Source: the human T2T-CHM13v2.0 reference genome, Homo sapiens | Length of the DNA: 64,000 bases | Strand: one strand, 5' to 3' | Assembly: GCF_009914755.1 (NCBI RefSeq) | Contig: NC_060937.1 | Part shown: in pieces, positions 51,590-64,000 of the stretch | How the letters are laid out: every line of letters begins with the position of its first letter | Numbering within the stretch: the stretch's first letter is position 1 | Notes under the pieces: generated by a model | Database searches by the model: none | What the model was told of the DNA's origin: nothing | The model's input: only the letters and a program-made list of their open reading frames with translations | Made by a program: the position numbers and the translations under genes

Positions 51590-52450
51590 TTATCCATTTG
51601 TTCAGCCACTGTTTATATTGGGCCTACTCAATGCCAAATAGTGTTCACAATCCTGAGGATAAAATTGTGAACAACATGGAAAATCCCTCCCCTCATGGAG
51701 CTTACATTTCATGTTCAGATAATAGTCACATGAATAGTTATTTTGAGATGGTGATATATGCCATGAAGATAGTAAAATAGGTAATATAATGGAGATTTAC
51801 TTGAAGGATGGAGTTACCTTATTACACTGTTGGTGAAGGAAATTTTCTCAGGGAATGTAATATTTGAGCTATAATTAGAAAAAAGAGAAAAAATAAACTG
51901 AAAGATTATCCAGGACAAGAACATTTCTTTCAAAGTGAGAACAAAATTGGCAATGTCACACACACATACTCTCTCTATCTCACACACACACATTTAGCAG
52001 GCTGGAGTTAGTATGCAAGGGGGCAACCAATAAAAAAAAATTGGCTGAAGAAGCAAGAAGTAACAAGGGGCCAATTATGCAAAGTCATGTAAGATATAAT
52101 AAATGACCAGGATTTTGTTTTGAAATGCAAAGCAAATCCACTAAAAGATTTTAAGTAAAACGGAGGTTTAATTTTATTACAATTATAAAAAAATTATTCT
52201 GGCTGTTAGGTGAATGATTTGAACGGCACTGAGAGTATAAAGAGTGACATTACTTAATAGGTTATTTTAGTAGTCATGGCTCAGATCAGGGAATGTTGGG
52301 GGACACTGAAAGATTTGGACAAGTTTGAAATCCATATGAACATAAAACTAATTGAGGGATTGAATGAAGGGGAGAGAAAAGCTAGAAGCAAAGAGGATAA
52401 AAAGTTTCAAAGATAATTTTCAGGTGTTTAATTGGAAACTGGGTAGATTC
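51590..52450 (-). mobile_element. L2 fragment
   Basis: 'tatccatttgttcagccactgtttatattgggcctactcaatgcca...ccctcatggagcttacatt' is the L2 3' end in reverse complement. Confidence 0.65.
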
Positions 52451-54154
52451 AAACATCTCATTGCTCTCTAAATTGTACAAAACTTCAAACTTCCCAATGT
52501 TATTTACACTTTTCTGAAGCCTTAAAAAAATCAAATTTAAATTAATACCTATACTTGTCCCCCAAGAAGGTTATTGATAATCTTCCTCATAAATAACAAT
52601 AAAAAGATATTCCAAATAAAATACTAAAATCAGCACAATAAAAATTAATGCTAAAGTCATTTTTTATTCCAGAAATGCAAGGATGGTTCAATATTAGGAA
52701 ATCCATTGAGGTAATTTACTATAATAATAGGTGCACAAGAAAAGCTGTATTATCTATTTAGACACTGAAAATGCCTTCAAAATGTAATGTATGTAATACC
52801 CATTCCTCCATTTTAGAATTTTCATAGAAATTGAATGAATGAATATTCCTTAATATCATTAAGTGTTGAACTATTTAACCTTTCCTATTAAAGCCAAGAA
52901 CAAAATAGAATTTCAGTATTTCCATTCTTATTTAAAATTACATTGGAAGTATGATCAGATGCAATTAGGAAAATAATTGGCCATATAAAAATTAAAAGGA
53001 AAATACAAACTATTTGTGTTTAAAGCAGTCATAATACCTTACATTGAAAAGCTAAAAGAAACAAATAAATAAATCATTGAAACCAAAAACAAAATGAATA
53101 TACAAAATAAAATAATTTAGTAAGTTTGCAAGATACAAAATAAACACACTAAATTCTATTTTTTTATATATATACAAGAATTAGGAAGTGTAATGGAAAA
53201 CTCATCTATAATAGAAAAAAAGAAAATGAGAGAAAATGAAAAAGAAAGATAAACCCTTAGAAATAAACCCAACAAGAAATGTGAGCAAACTGTATGAGGA
53301 AAAAGTTAAAATACTTCTGAAAGATATAAAAGTATGCTTGAGCAAATAGAAAAGACATATTATGTTATTTGTTTGGATAAGTCTGCTTAATAAAAATGTA
53401 AGTTCTACCCAAGTTAATATCTAAATTTTGTTCAATACCAATGACTTTAACACTTAAGCAGTTGACTCTATAATTCATACAAGAAAAATATATTTCTTAG
53501 CTCTGTTTATTACAATAATATACAAGCAATGATACTCTGGATGCACCAAAACCTAGATGTTGCCTTCAAACAGCACTCCTAACTAAAGAAACAAGTCTTC
53601 TAGAAAAAATAATTATTTTTAGTCTAGGCCAAGGAAAACAAAAGATGAAGTAGTAACATTTTATTGTGCCCAAAAGACCCCCAAACAAATAAGATTGTGT
53701 CAAAAGGACGTAGACTCACTTGACTTGGCTCCCATCACCCAAATTTAGGACAATTTGAGCTTCTAAAAGGATAATATCTTTCTATAGTTAGTGTAACATG
53801 TTGAACAAACAAAATCCTTGAGAACATAGTGATACTCAAGAAAGTAAAGAATAAAGAGCAAGTAAAAAATAGTCACCATTGAAGGTAACTATTACACCAA
53901 CTTTAAAAATTAGTAACCAAATTAAAATAACTAAGCACTTATCCTGCCTTTAAAAAATTATTAAGAGTAGTTTATCCCCAGAATATCAAGAAAGCATTTA
54001 TATACAAAAGAATATTAGCAAACAAATTGAGAAGAAATTATAAATTGGAAAACAGTTTTAATCTGCATTGAAATGATTTATAAAAGCAAAGATCAATACT
54101 GTGTATTACCACAGTGAAAAATTTCATCCCACAGATTGTTATTTGCAAAGGATC

Positions 54155-54301
54155 AGCCTGGTATAGTAGCTCATGCTGTACTCCCAGCTACATGGGAGGC
54201 TAACATGGGAAGATTGCTTGAGGCCAGGAATTCAAGGCTGTAGTGAGCTATGATCTCGCCACCTCACTCTAGCCTGGGGGTCAGAGTGAGACCTCATCTC
54301 T
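54155..54301 (+). mobile_element. Free right Alu monomer (FRAM/AluJ right arm), tail lost
   Basis: 'cccagctacatgggaggct...gcttgaggccaggaattcaaggctgtagtgagctatgatc...agagtgagacctcatctc'. Confidence 0.85.
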
Positions 54302-54370
54302 AGCATCGCTGATGGTGAGAAAATGTTATAGCATGTGCCTCCTGAATACAATACAAAGGAACCAGAATTA

Positions 54371-54512
54371 TGTGTGTATACACACACACACACACACACA
54401 CACACTTATATATCAAACTGTATATATATGTACATATATATATACAAACTGTATATATATGTACATATATATATACAAACTATATATATATGTACATACA
54501 CACACACACAGA

Positions 54513-54548
<36 letters not shown>

Positions 54549-54560
54549 ACACACACACAC
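54371..54560. repeat. Complex (CA)n/(TA)n microsatellite with a 31-bp higher-order repeat (~54414-54497)
   Basis: caaactgtatatatatgtacatatatatata x~2.7 between two (CA)n runs. Confidence 0.92.
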
Positions 54561-54855
54561 AGTCTCGCTCTGTCGCCCAGGCTGGGGTGCAGTGGTGCAT
54601 CGTCATCACCAGACGATGATCTTGGCTCACTGCAACCTCTGCCTCCCAGGTTCAAGCGATTCTCCTGCCTCAGCCTCCCAAGGAGGTGGGATTAGAGAAG
54701 GCCGACACTATGCCTGGCTAATTTTTTGTACTTTTAGTAGAGTCGGAGTTTCACCATGTTGGCCAGGCTGGTCTCGAATTCCTGATGTCAGGTGATCCAC
54801 CCACCTCGGCCTCCCAAATTTATGGGATTACAGGTGTGATCCACTGTGCCCAGCC
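54561..54855 (-). mobile_element. AluS with a 19-nt insertion in the right arm; tail replaced by (TG)n
   Basis: Reverse-complement Alu from 'agtctcgctctgtcgcccaggctgg' to 'ccactgtgcccagcc'. Confidence 0.9.
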
Positions 54856-55390
54856 ATGATATGTTCTTAATAAAAGTTTTATTTGAATTCAAATCAAAAT
54901 CTCAGAACTAATATTCATTTTATAGAAAATGCCAGAAATAGAGAAATTGTTTCAATGATGCCATAAGGAAACAACAGTTAAATCTAGCACGTAGAATATT
55001 TAAAGATAACTGGCCCATTCTCTTTAAATTTCAATATCCTTCTTTGAAAAAAAAAATGTAGTGAGGCTGTTCTGCCAAAGAGAGACAAAAGTTTTTTGTC
55101 AAAGAGAGAAAAATATTTTTCAAGAGACAAAATAACCAAATGCATTGCAATTCTTTTTTGGATTTGATGTGTGTTTAGGGTAAAATATTAAGATGTCTGC
55201 AACTTATTTTAAGTGGTCCAGGATAAATAAATCAATAGGTAGATATTAAGAAAATGTGATAAAATGTGAATAACTGAATCTAGGGATATGGGTATTTAAT
55301 ACACTATTATTTGAAATTTTCTCTGGTTCAAAAAATTGTAAATTAAAAGTGGGAGGAAAAAGAGTAGAGAGTAAGAAAGCTGGAGATGAT

Positions 55391-55845
55391 GTGTGAATAT
55401 TTTCTCCCATTCTGTAGACTGTCTCTTTACTCTGCTGATTGTTTTCTTTACTGTGCAGAAGCTTTTCAGTTTGACATACTGCCATTTGTCTATTTTTTCT
55501 TCTGCTGCCTCTGTTTTTGGGTCATGTCTATAAAATCATTGTTCAGACTAATGTCACGGAGGTTTTTCTCTATGTTTTCTTCTAGTAGTTTCTTAGTTTC
55601 AGGTCTTTAATCCAGTTTGAGTTGATTTTTGTATATGGTGAAAGGTAAGAGACTGATATCATTCTCCTGCATGTAGATATCCAGTTGTACCAACAATATT
55701 TATTACAGAGACTGTCCTTTGCCTTTTGTGTGTTCTTGGCACCTTTGTCAAAAATAAGTTGGCTGTAAATATGTGGATTTATTTCTGGGCTCTCTATTCT
55801 GTTCCATTGTTCTGTGTGTCTGTTTTTCTGACAGTATGGTACTGT
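55391..55845 (-). mobile_element. L1 ORF2 3'-region fragment (L1MA/L1PB-like)
   Basis: 'tattttctcccattctgtag...ctgtgcagaagctttt...ttgagttgatttttgtatatggtg...tctctattctgttccattg'. Confidence 0.88.
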
Positions 55846-56544
55846 ACATGATAAATATGTACCATTTTAAATGTCAATTTTAAAAATAAACAAATATTTT
55901 TGAAAATAAAAAAAGATAAAGCTGAGAAATAAGTGTGGTCAAATAATATAAGCAAGCCATGACTTGGAGTTACTAACTTAGTACCTGCATTTTTATATAT
56001 GAAAGCTCCTATAACATTTATTTCATGAAAATCAAAACTTCTTTTTTGTAGAACCCATCAACCTTGGGAAATCTTATACTACAAAGACAAAAAAGGCTGT
56101 AATTTTTGCTTTATAAATGCATTTCAGAGAAAAAGTGAGTTGAGCGAGAAAGTAATTTTGTAAATAAAAAGTTTATTATTTAACAAAATACCCATATTAC
56201 TCACTTTCCCTAAAAATAAATCTTCGAAGGTATTTGGAGAAATATAAAGGAGGTTATGTTTATGCCACTAAAGCTGTGATTTAAAATTGAACATTAGGTG
56301 TTAATGCTTTCCAGAGTATTGAGAATAATCGGTATTTTTTTAAAAAAAAAAATTTCATAGCATTTAAAGTTTATAAAATGGTTTTTACATGCGTATTTGT
56401 TAGTATAGAAAGAGCAAGCACAATTTATATACTTAAAGCTAGTAATCTTATAATATGAAATGTTTGTCCTCAGAAACCATCCAGCTGTCTATACATCTCT
56501 GCCCTGGAATTCTATTTCCCTAGTAGTATTATGTAAAAGAGAAA

Positions 56545-56786
56545 ATGGTAAGCAAAGGCCTACCATGTTCTAGGCACTATTATAAGTGTTTTATCACAAT
56601 TTCCCTATTTATGCCTCACAATATTTCTATCTAATTATGTAGTATTGTTACTTTAATTATATAGATAAGGAAACTGAAATTCAGACGTTCAATAACTTGG
56701 TCAAGGATATACAAATAGCAAGGATGGAGCCACAATTCAAATCTACTCGATAAAACTATGGAAGTCATGCTCTTAACCACTCTATA
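56545..56786 (-). mobile_element. MIR, near full length
   Basis: 'cctaccatgttctaggcact...agataaggaaactgaaattcaga...aataacttggtcaagg...catgctcttaaccact'. Confidence 0.82.
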
Positions 56787-57892
56787 TTTACTACCTCTAT
56801 GGAAGGAAAGGCAACATGAGATTTGTTTCATGATAACTATTTTAGAGTTACAGGCAAATAAAAATGGAAATAATATGGAAATGTTTGGAGTTGGAACAGA
56901 TCTCCATCAGATTCCCTGCTTGAAGGGACAAAAGTGGAGAATAGGGATAAAGCTGGAGAATTATATAAAAGTACTGAAGGACAGCACAGTGGGGAACTGC
57001 TGAACTCAAAGTGGAAAGCTGCAAGCAATGTCCAGTACCATTTTGCAAATGATCTCGTGTCATGTACATTAAACAGTCTGTCATGCTCACTCCACATCGA
57101 AAGGTAACTTTGTCTGTCCTTGGAGACCTGAGGACCTTGAAGGCAGTCTTTAAGCTAATTGGAAGAGTCAGTAGTCATTTTGGTTAAAGCAGCATCAGGA
57201 GTAAAAAGGGTGCACAGTTCACAGGAAACTTCGACAAATATTTATTTTTCATAACCTGATTATTTTACACATGAAATTGAGATTTAGGGTTGTGTTACTT
57301 TAAGATTAGCCATAAAGAAATGTCAGAAATACTCTTCATTTTATCCTTCCTTGTTTCATTGAGATAAATATAATATGCATAAGATTCACCAAGGGTCAAT
57401 TAACATTCTCTGTCTTTTGCTATTATGGCTTTAAAATAGTACAAGTATGCATTATCTAAGACAACTGAATGTAGAAAGCCAATCTGAATAGTTCAGGCTT
57501 ATCAGTCTGCCTTCCTTCAATAAAAGAATGTGTGTCTGCTGTTTATAATTTTGCAATGATCACTTCATCTCCACTTTGTGTGTGTAGACACAGCCAGCAT
57601 TAACTTTTATGGAGTGTGAAATCAAGCAAACTGGAACTAATTTAAGTATTAGTCAACACTGTACACAAGTTGAATAAAACAAGATTAACAGAGCTCAGGT
57701 AATAATTGAGAGTCATCTGATTCCAGATAATCTCATCTCTGAGATAATTAATGTACTCTATAACATAAGCTATGAAGCCAATGTGTCTGTCTACCTGTTT
57801 ATCTATCATCTGTCACGCTGCAGATATACATGTATATATGTGTAAATATATTATCTAAGAATCTTACTACATCATAAGCTTTTAACACTACA

Positions 57893-58085
57893 GAGAGGCA
57901 GTATAGCCTAATATTGAATATGGCTTTTGAACCAGACAGAATTTTGTTCGAATCTTACCTGTATGACTTTTGGCAATTCATTGTCTGCAAAATAACCACA
58001 GTAGTACCCATTTCAGAGCTAAATAATTACTATAAAGTACTTAATATAGCACCCAGACCAGATTGTGAGCTCAGTAAATGGTGCC
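57893..58085 (+). mobile_element. MIR, internally deleted
   Basis: 'aggcagtatagc...atggcttttgaaccagacaga...ttcgaatc...aaagtacttaatatagcacc...gctcagtaaatg'. Confidence 0.7.
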
Positions 58086-58216
58086 ACATTAAAGAAGTAA
58101 AGCAATGACTCAGTAAAATAAAGCATATAATCCTGCATCTACAAAAATATCTTCAGTTATTCTACCTATCATATCTCATTTCCTCATTTCCTTGTCAGGC
58201 TCTAGTCAGGCTAATT

Positions 58217-58429
58217 CGGGGGTTCTGAACAGGGGTTGAATTTACCTCTCAGGGATATTTAGCGATGTAATTTTGGTTTGTCATGACTTCAGGAACGGGA
58301 TTTCCTGCTGGCACCTAGTGGGTGGAGGCCAAAGATGCTGCTAAACCTCTTCTAATGCACAGGACAGTGGCATACAATGTATGATTATCCAGTCCAAAAT
58401 GTCAGTTCTACAGAATTTGAGGAACCCTG
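58217..58429 (+). mobile_element. MER20, full length, with degenerate 8-bp TSD
   Basis: 'ctggcacctagtgggtggaggccaaagatgctgctaaacc...aatgcacaggacag...ccaaaatgtcag...ttgaggaaccctg'. Flanks ggctaatt / tgctaatc match 6/8. Confidence 0.88.
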
Positions 58430-59525
58430 TGCTAATCCTATCATATCTGGAATTTATAATGATCATACTGTAGTGTCAATCCACAACTAGCCTATTGTAT
58501 GACAGGCTGAATACTGAAGATACAGTGTATAGTACAAGGCACAACCCTTACCTTCGTGTTGATTACAGCCTATTCTTTCTGCTATTCTTATTTCTGTCCC
58601 TCTCCTTCCTCAGATTATGTTTCTATACAAGTTATAGCTGTCCTTTCAGAACTTCCAGCAAGCCCTTTGTGGCCTCTCCAATTTTCACTAATCTTCTCTT
58701 TTCCAAAGGTCCACAGTACTGTTGCATGTATCATGTACTTCAGTATGTACTTGTATCCCATGCTGATGGTTCACTAGTTGTAACATGTACACTAATTTCA
58801 TCTTCACAGCTAAAGTTTAATTGGGAATCATAACTATATTCCAAGATGCTTATTTCATGATTAATTTATAAAGCAAGTATAAATTCTCTATTTATGCACT
58901 TAGATGTGTAAAAACATAACTATAACTGAAGAAAATTAATATAATGAGCCATTTTATCTGATAATGAAAAACTTAATGTCATTAGTTCAGGATAAACTCA
59001 GTTGCTTGAGGGTTTCTTTTGCTGTTCCAGGATAAATTTGATTAATGGTGGCTTTATGTTTTCTCAACTTCTCCCTCACAAGCCATCCTAGGCTCTAGAA
59101 TATTTATGTGGCCTGTGGGGCAGATGTCTGGACACCTCATGCTTTCCTTGCCTTAGCTGAAAGGTTATTTAGGTCTGCTTGTTCAGGCCACATTCATGTG
59201 CGAAAAGAAAGGGCTCTCCTGTTCCCCATCAAAGGGCAGATTACATGAGGCTGCCTTATACTTGCCTCTACTCCACTCTTTTGTGCTATGGTTGCCTCTC
59301 ACCCATGAATGGGTGGGCACCTGATCTCTTCTCAGGGGCATTTACCAGCACCTGTCTACATTATTTTGCTTTCCACTTTAATTCTGTCACTATTTGAAAT
59401 GATCTTCATACCATCTCTGTATGTCTTATGTGTGTGCAGTGGGAGGGAGTTTGAAACAGGTAGAGAAAAGGGGATTGACAGCAAATATTTGTTCTGCCTG
59501 ATTATTTGCAAATCTTTTCCTACAG

Positions 59526-59594
59526 CTGAAATGCCACTTTTGAAATCAAAGTCTTTCTTCTATACCTGAAATGCCACTTTTAAAATCTAAAGTC
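59526..59594. repeat. Direct duplication with 40-bp period
   Basis: ctgaaatgccactttt(g/a)aaatc(t)aaagtc at 59526 and 59566. Confidence 0.85.
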
Positions 59595-61143
59595 CTAAAA
59601 TGTATATATTTACTTTCTGGGTCTGCTTTGACAGCCTTCCTCTAAGCAATAGAGCCCAGAGTAATCAGAAATACAGGAAAAGTCGTTATCTTCAAATACT
59701 CCACAACAGCCCTTTGTAGCACCTGGAGCACTGTAGAACAGCTTTATTATAGCTACTCCCACCTCCATCCTTCTGCCTCGATTATTCACCCAATTATTTT
59801 CTATGTTTTACCTTTGAAGTTTTCTGTATGCATATAATTTTCAGTTTGTCTTCCTTTCTGTAGACATTCTCTTCTTTCAAAACTTGCCATAATGCACGCT
59901 CTTTTATGCAGAAAATTACACATAAATTATTCCATATCTAATGAAAGCAATGGATAATTTTGCATCTAAAGCAAAAGACTTAGTTTCTTTGTTTTCTCAA
60001 ATTATATATTTCTAAAATCAGAGCTCTTAATCTAACTGTACAGTAGCAGTTAGCACACTGTGGGAATACAATAATCAATTGCATTTATGGTTATATATGC
60101 AATATATACAAGCATTTATATTTCTAATATAATCTGTTCTGTGGAACAAGAAAACACTTGAATTAATTTAATACACAAATTTAATACAGCTTGGGCGATA
60201 TTGTAGTTTCCGTGTAAAATCCAGTACAAAAATAAAGCTGAATATGTAAGAAGATGCATGATAACAACAGTTTTGTTATTTGAATATGTACTTTATGGGC
60301 ATTCCATATTCTGCACTCTCACTACACCCATATAATGGTGTCATAAATATTTCAGTACTAATCTGAATCTGTTCATCTCTTTGTACAAGCAATTTCATTT
60401 TCCTTTGCTTCCTAGGATAGCACCAATTGCCCATCTTTGCACCTCCAAACAAAAGCAATCCAATCTCCCACAATTTTTCACCTGATGCTAGTAATAAGCA
60501 GCCAGAAAAATGGATTTTTCCTGTTAATGTCATCATTTGCATAGCTATTAGTATTCCAGTATATCATTGTATCAGAGAATGGAAGAAAAAGTAACAATGT
60601 ATTTTATTCAATCAAAAAAAATCAGTGTCAAAATCCTGATGTCTGAATCTAACCTTTTAATTATAGTTTCATTCCATGTGGGTTTGTACTGTGAGGTAAA
60701 AAGGATAATCCCTTAATAAAAACAAGGAGAGCTTACACTATTCAGGAGAAATCCACAACAAAATTATGGTTGAATACCCGAATAGAAATTATGTGTGTGT
60801 TTCTCCAGGGAAGCTTTGGTCCTGCACATTCCTGAAATCAAATATTTCTATGGGTGTTGACTGAGGATGTGATTGTTTTACTGTTAGATTACGTCAATGC
60901 TGCCACTGCAATCTGGTATCACTTTACCAGCAAGGCAATTTCACACAATTAATTTCTTTCATTAAAGGAAGCAATGAAAGATAGGCAACTGGAGCCCTCA
61001 CAACTTATAACTAATATTCTTTAGTAACTAGTGTGCACATCTGTAAACACAAATATCCCACTTTGCATACACTTAAACACACAAGTACATTCGATTGTAA
61101 AATGACAATTGGATTTTCATAGATCCATTTTGAACTTGCTGCC

Positions 61144-61173
61144 AAACAAAACAAAACAAAACAAAACAAAACA
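61144..61173. repeat. (AAAAC)n pentanucleotide repeat
   Basis: Direct reading. Confidence 0.9.
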
Positions 61174-64000
61174 GTATTGTTAAAAGCAGAGACCACAGAC
61201 TGACTCCCAGTTCCCAGATCTGAAATACCTCTACGGGTACTTCTGTTCACTTTGGGTATTAAAGATTGCAGTTTTAATGCAAAAATACACACACAAAAGG
61301 AGTAGAATACCAGAAAGTAACACAGTCTGAAGACAAAATCTCATGACTAATTCCAAAAGCTTGGAAAACATTGATTTCATAATTATTTTCCATTTTTTAA
61401 AGTTAAAAGGCCATGTAGAGTGCTGTAAAGTATAACATAAGCTCTCTTTTTCCTTATGTGGACGTACTTTGCTTTCTGGACATCCTTTCACTGTCAATAC
61501 TTACATCTGTTGTTTAAAAAGCTATTCGTGGTGCAATTGCTTTTTAAATGCAAACCCATATGTGTGATATCTAGAGGAACTGGTAAATTTCACCAAATGG
61601 GCATTCCTAAATTGCATGCCATCTGTAGCTAGTGAAGAGAGGACTGAACCTGCTCAGCTATGATTTTGCACCAATGTTTCCATCATTTTGATTGGCTCTA
61701 GGGAAATCATCCACTTTTGGCATGAACTTTCTAACCCCAATAGGTTATTATAGTCTGCTTCAGTTGCATTGGCTCAACAAATATTATATATTGTTGGCAA
61801 ATGTTAGAAACCATTTGGCTTTTTAAATTGGTTTCTATACCACATTCTACCATGATGGCTTAAATCCTTTTTTAAGTTTTCTAACTAGTGCAGAGATGGT
61901 AAAAGTAATTCTATTGACTAGAGTTGTTTAAGTTGTTGAAATAAAAATAAATAATACCCCAGATTGCACATTCTAACAGTTGAATTACTTTTGTAATATC
62001 ACATTATACAAGTGAGGCTAAAAGATCATGTTCTAAAATAATATAAGGCACAGGGTAAATCTTAGGTATACCATTTTACCATGCTCTAATGCAGAATTAA
62101 AAAAAAAAAGAGTACTCATTTTTTTTCAGTTTACAAATGCAATTTCCCATACTTAATTTATTTTCTAGCCAAAGGCTGTTCTAGCTCATATAGAAACTGT
62201 GGTTAAACTTCCAAATCATCAATGTATAGTAAAACACTCAATACACATTCAAGTTATTCTTTTGACTACTCTTTTAAACCTACAAAATAATTTAAAGTTG
62301 AAATAAGGATGCTTTCAAATAGGATTGAACCCAATAATCTAACTTCTCTCTTGCTTTTAGTCAAGCCTAATATTTTTGTAAAAATGTTGAAATATGAGCA
62401 AAGGCAAAACATTAACAAGACAAATATTGTAACTATGTATCACAACCATAAGCAGGATGTGACAATAATTTCCCACTACTTTCGTAGTCATTTCCAATGA
62501 ATTCTTTTTGGCTCATCTTAAATCAGAACAGATGACTGGTGGATGTATGTAGGGGAGAAAGAAATCTTGCTGTAGAAGATGCAGGCGGTGAGAAGTTTAA
62601 CATGGAACAGAGTGAGAAATGTCAACACCAGGAAAGTGGAAATAAACTAATTGGGACTTATGCTTATAATCCACATAGCAGGGTATCAGTGAAGAGGGAG
62701 TAGAGAAGAACAGAAATAAAAATGTGTGTATAAAAACTCAAGAAATAGAAACTGGTATAAAGGGCTGTGACAAATGCAGACAGGAGATTCAACACTAATT
62801 AACAGCTCACCATTTCTTTTTAAGTGTTTTGGAAGTTCTAAATTCCTCCTTTTGATACTTTTAATTTTTCAAGGATACCCATCCAGGGTCAGTTCAGAGA
62901 ACTGGCTCACCAAAACTGCAATAGAATTGTAGAACGTGAGGAAAAAACAGACTTAAATTTTAAAAACCTGCTCTCTCCCTGCCAAAAAACTTGGCACTAA
63001 GTGAAGTGGCAGAAAAGTTTAGCAAAATAAACTCAAATCTTTACTTCTTTACTCTCATCTTTACCTACCTAGAATGACATTACTATATGATATGATATTT
63101 ATTCCAGTCACTTCTTGTATGACTGAATTCATGGTATCAGTTGGATAGAAGTATTTTAATAAAATTTTGGCTGAAAACTGGTAGAAAGAGCAGGTAGTGC
63201 CAGAGAGCAGTTGTGTGCCAGATAGTAAAGGTTTTATGCATAAATTATTTTCCTTAGGTCTAACTAATGAGTCAATGGTAGGGTCAATATCAGTCAGGAA
63301 ATCCTGGATTTGTAATATAATCGAAACCTTCGGAATGTGTATTGAGAATTTAAGATCTTTTGGCAATGACTAGAAAAACTAGTAATTTTGATTTCACTCT
63401 TGTATTACTAATTTAACTAATAGAAAATGCAGAACTTAATATGTTCATACATTGAAAAGGAAACCTCGTGCAAGAAAAAGAAGATAGATGTTTTCAATCA
63501 TTGTTTTCAAAGGCTCTTGAATTATCTCTTACAAACCCTAAGGAGACATTTGTCAGCCATTTTTTCTTATACACACACCCACATATAAGGAGAATATTAT
63601 AGTATCCTTTCTGATTTAAATACTGCTGAGGCAACACAGAAGCTAGACATCCATGGCTAAATGGAAAATAGAATAGGGAAATATATAGAGTGTGGCTGCA
63701 ATTGAGTAGAGGAAAGAATCTCAATGCAGAAATACAGGAAAGAGAGAGAAGCAGGACTTAGGCCCTTTATTATATGTGTACTTGGCTTCTCAGGACCATA
63801 GCCAAAGGGGAAAATAAAAAAAAAAAGAAAAGAGGAGAGTGATGCTCTTTTGAAATACAATATTCACATTCTTTAACACAAGAACATTGAGAAGTATTTA
63901 GTATGGGTTTTTTTTATAATCTCTGCTAAATTACAAACAATTGTCCTAAATGTCCTCATATGTATAAATAATCAGTAAATGATAAAATTGCTAGCTATAT

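Larger units (their letters stand above)
52570..55350 (+). mobile_element. Ancient L1M (L1MC/L1ME-type): ORF2 RT remnant (~52570-53490) and 3' UTR pieces, interrupted by Alus
   Basis: 'tttattccagaaatgcaaggatggttcaatattaggaaatcc' translates to FIPEMQGWFNIRKS (L1 RT). Downstream 'ggctcccatcacccaaatttaggacaatttgagc' is L1M 3' UTR-like. It may be more than one element. Confidence 0.72.

Noticed and set aside
56758-57110. Purine-rich exon-like block with donor AAG|GTAACT at ~57104
   Set aside because: No recognisable protein similarity and a weak acceptor; a lncRNA exon cannot be supported from sequence alone.
63061-63366. 101-aa minus-strand ORF in unique-looking sequence
   Set aside because: Non-ATG start and no motif or splice context; the length is compatible with chance or a decayed ancient repeat.

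Overview
AT-rich, CpG-depleted primate (most likely human) genomic DNA. It holds the 3' end of the protocadherin-17 gene (PCDH17, + strand): about 25 kb of the last intron, the terminal coding exon (24926-25608; CM2 motif, WIRS motif, C-terminus ...DPVAVRK*), a ~4 kb repeat-free 3' UTR with several poly(A) signals, and ~34 kb of downstream intergenic DNA. The gene identity is recalled from the protein sequence, not from a database search. Everything else is interspersed repeat (Alus, MIR, L2, old L1, MER20, MER58A, MADE1, a two-LTR MaLR element, an internally deleted ERVL/MLT2 provirus with integrase and dUTPase remnants) or simple/tandem repeat. Repeat family calls are by-eye matches to remembered consensus sequences. 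The other ORF-track entries are repeat-derived or chance ORFs. I found no convincing new biological system. The best leads are: (i) an intronic site at ~9985-10207 that reads both as a frame-preserving 84-nt cassette exon and as a CAG|GTGAG recursive-splice site with a downstream donor; (ii) an AluSp whose apparent target-site duplication encloses 90 extra nt, resembling a 3' transduction; (iii) a TSD-flanked, tailless 5S rRNA 5' fragment; (iv) a ~60-nt intronic hairpin.
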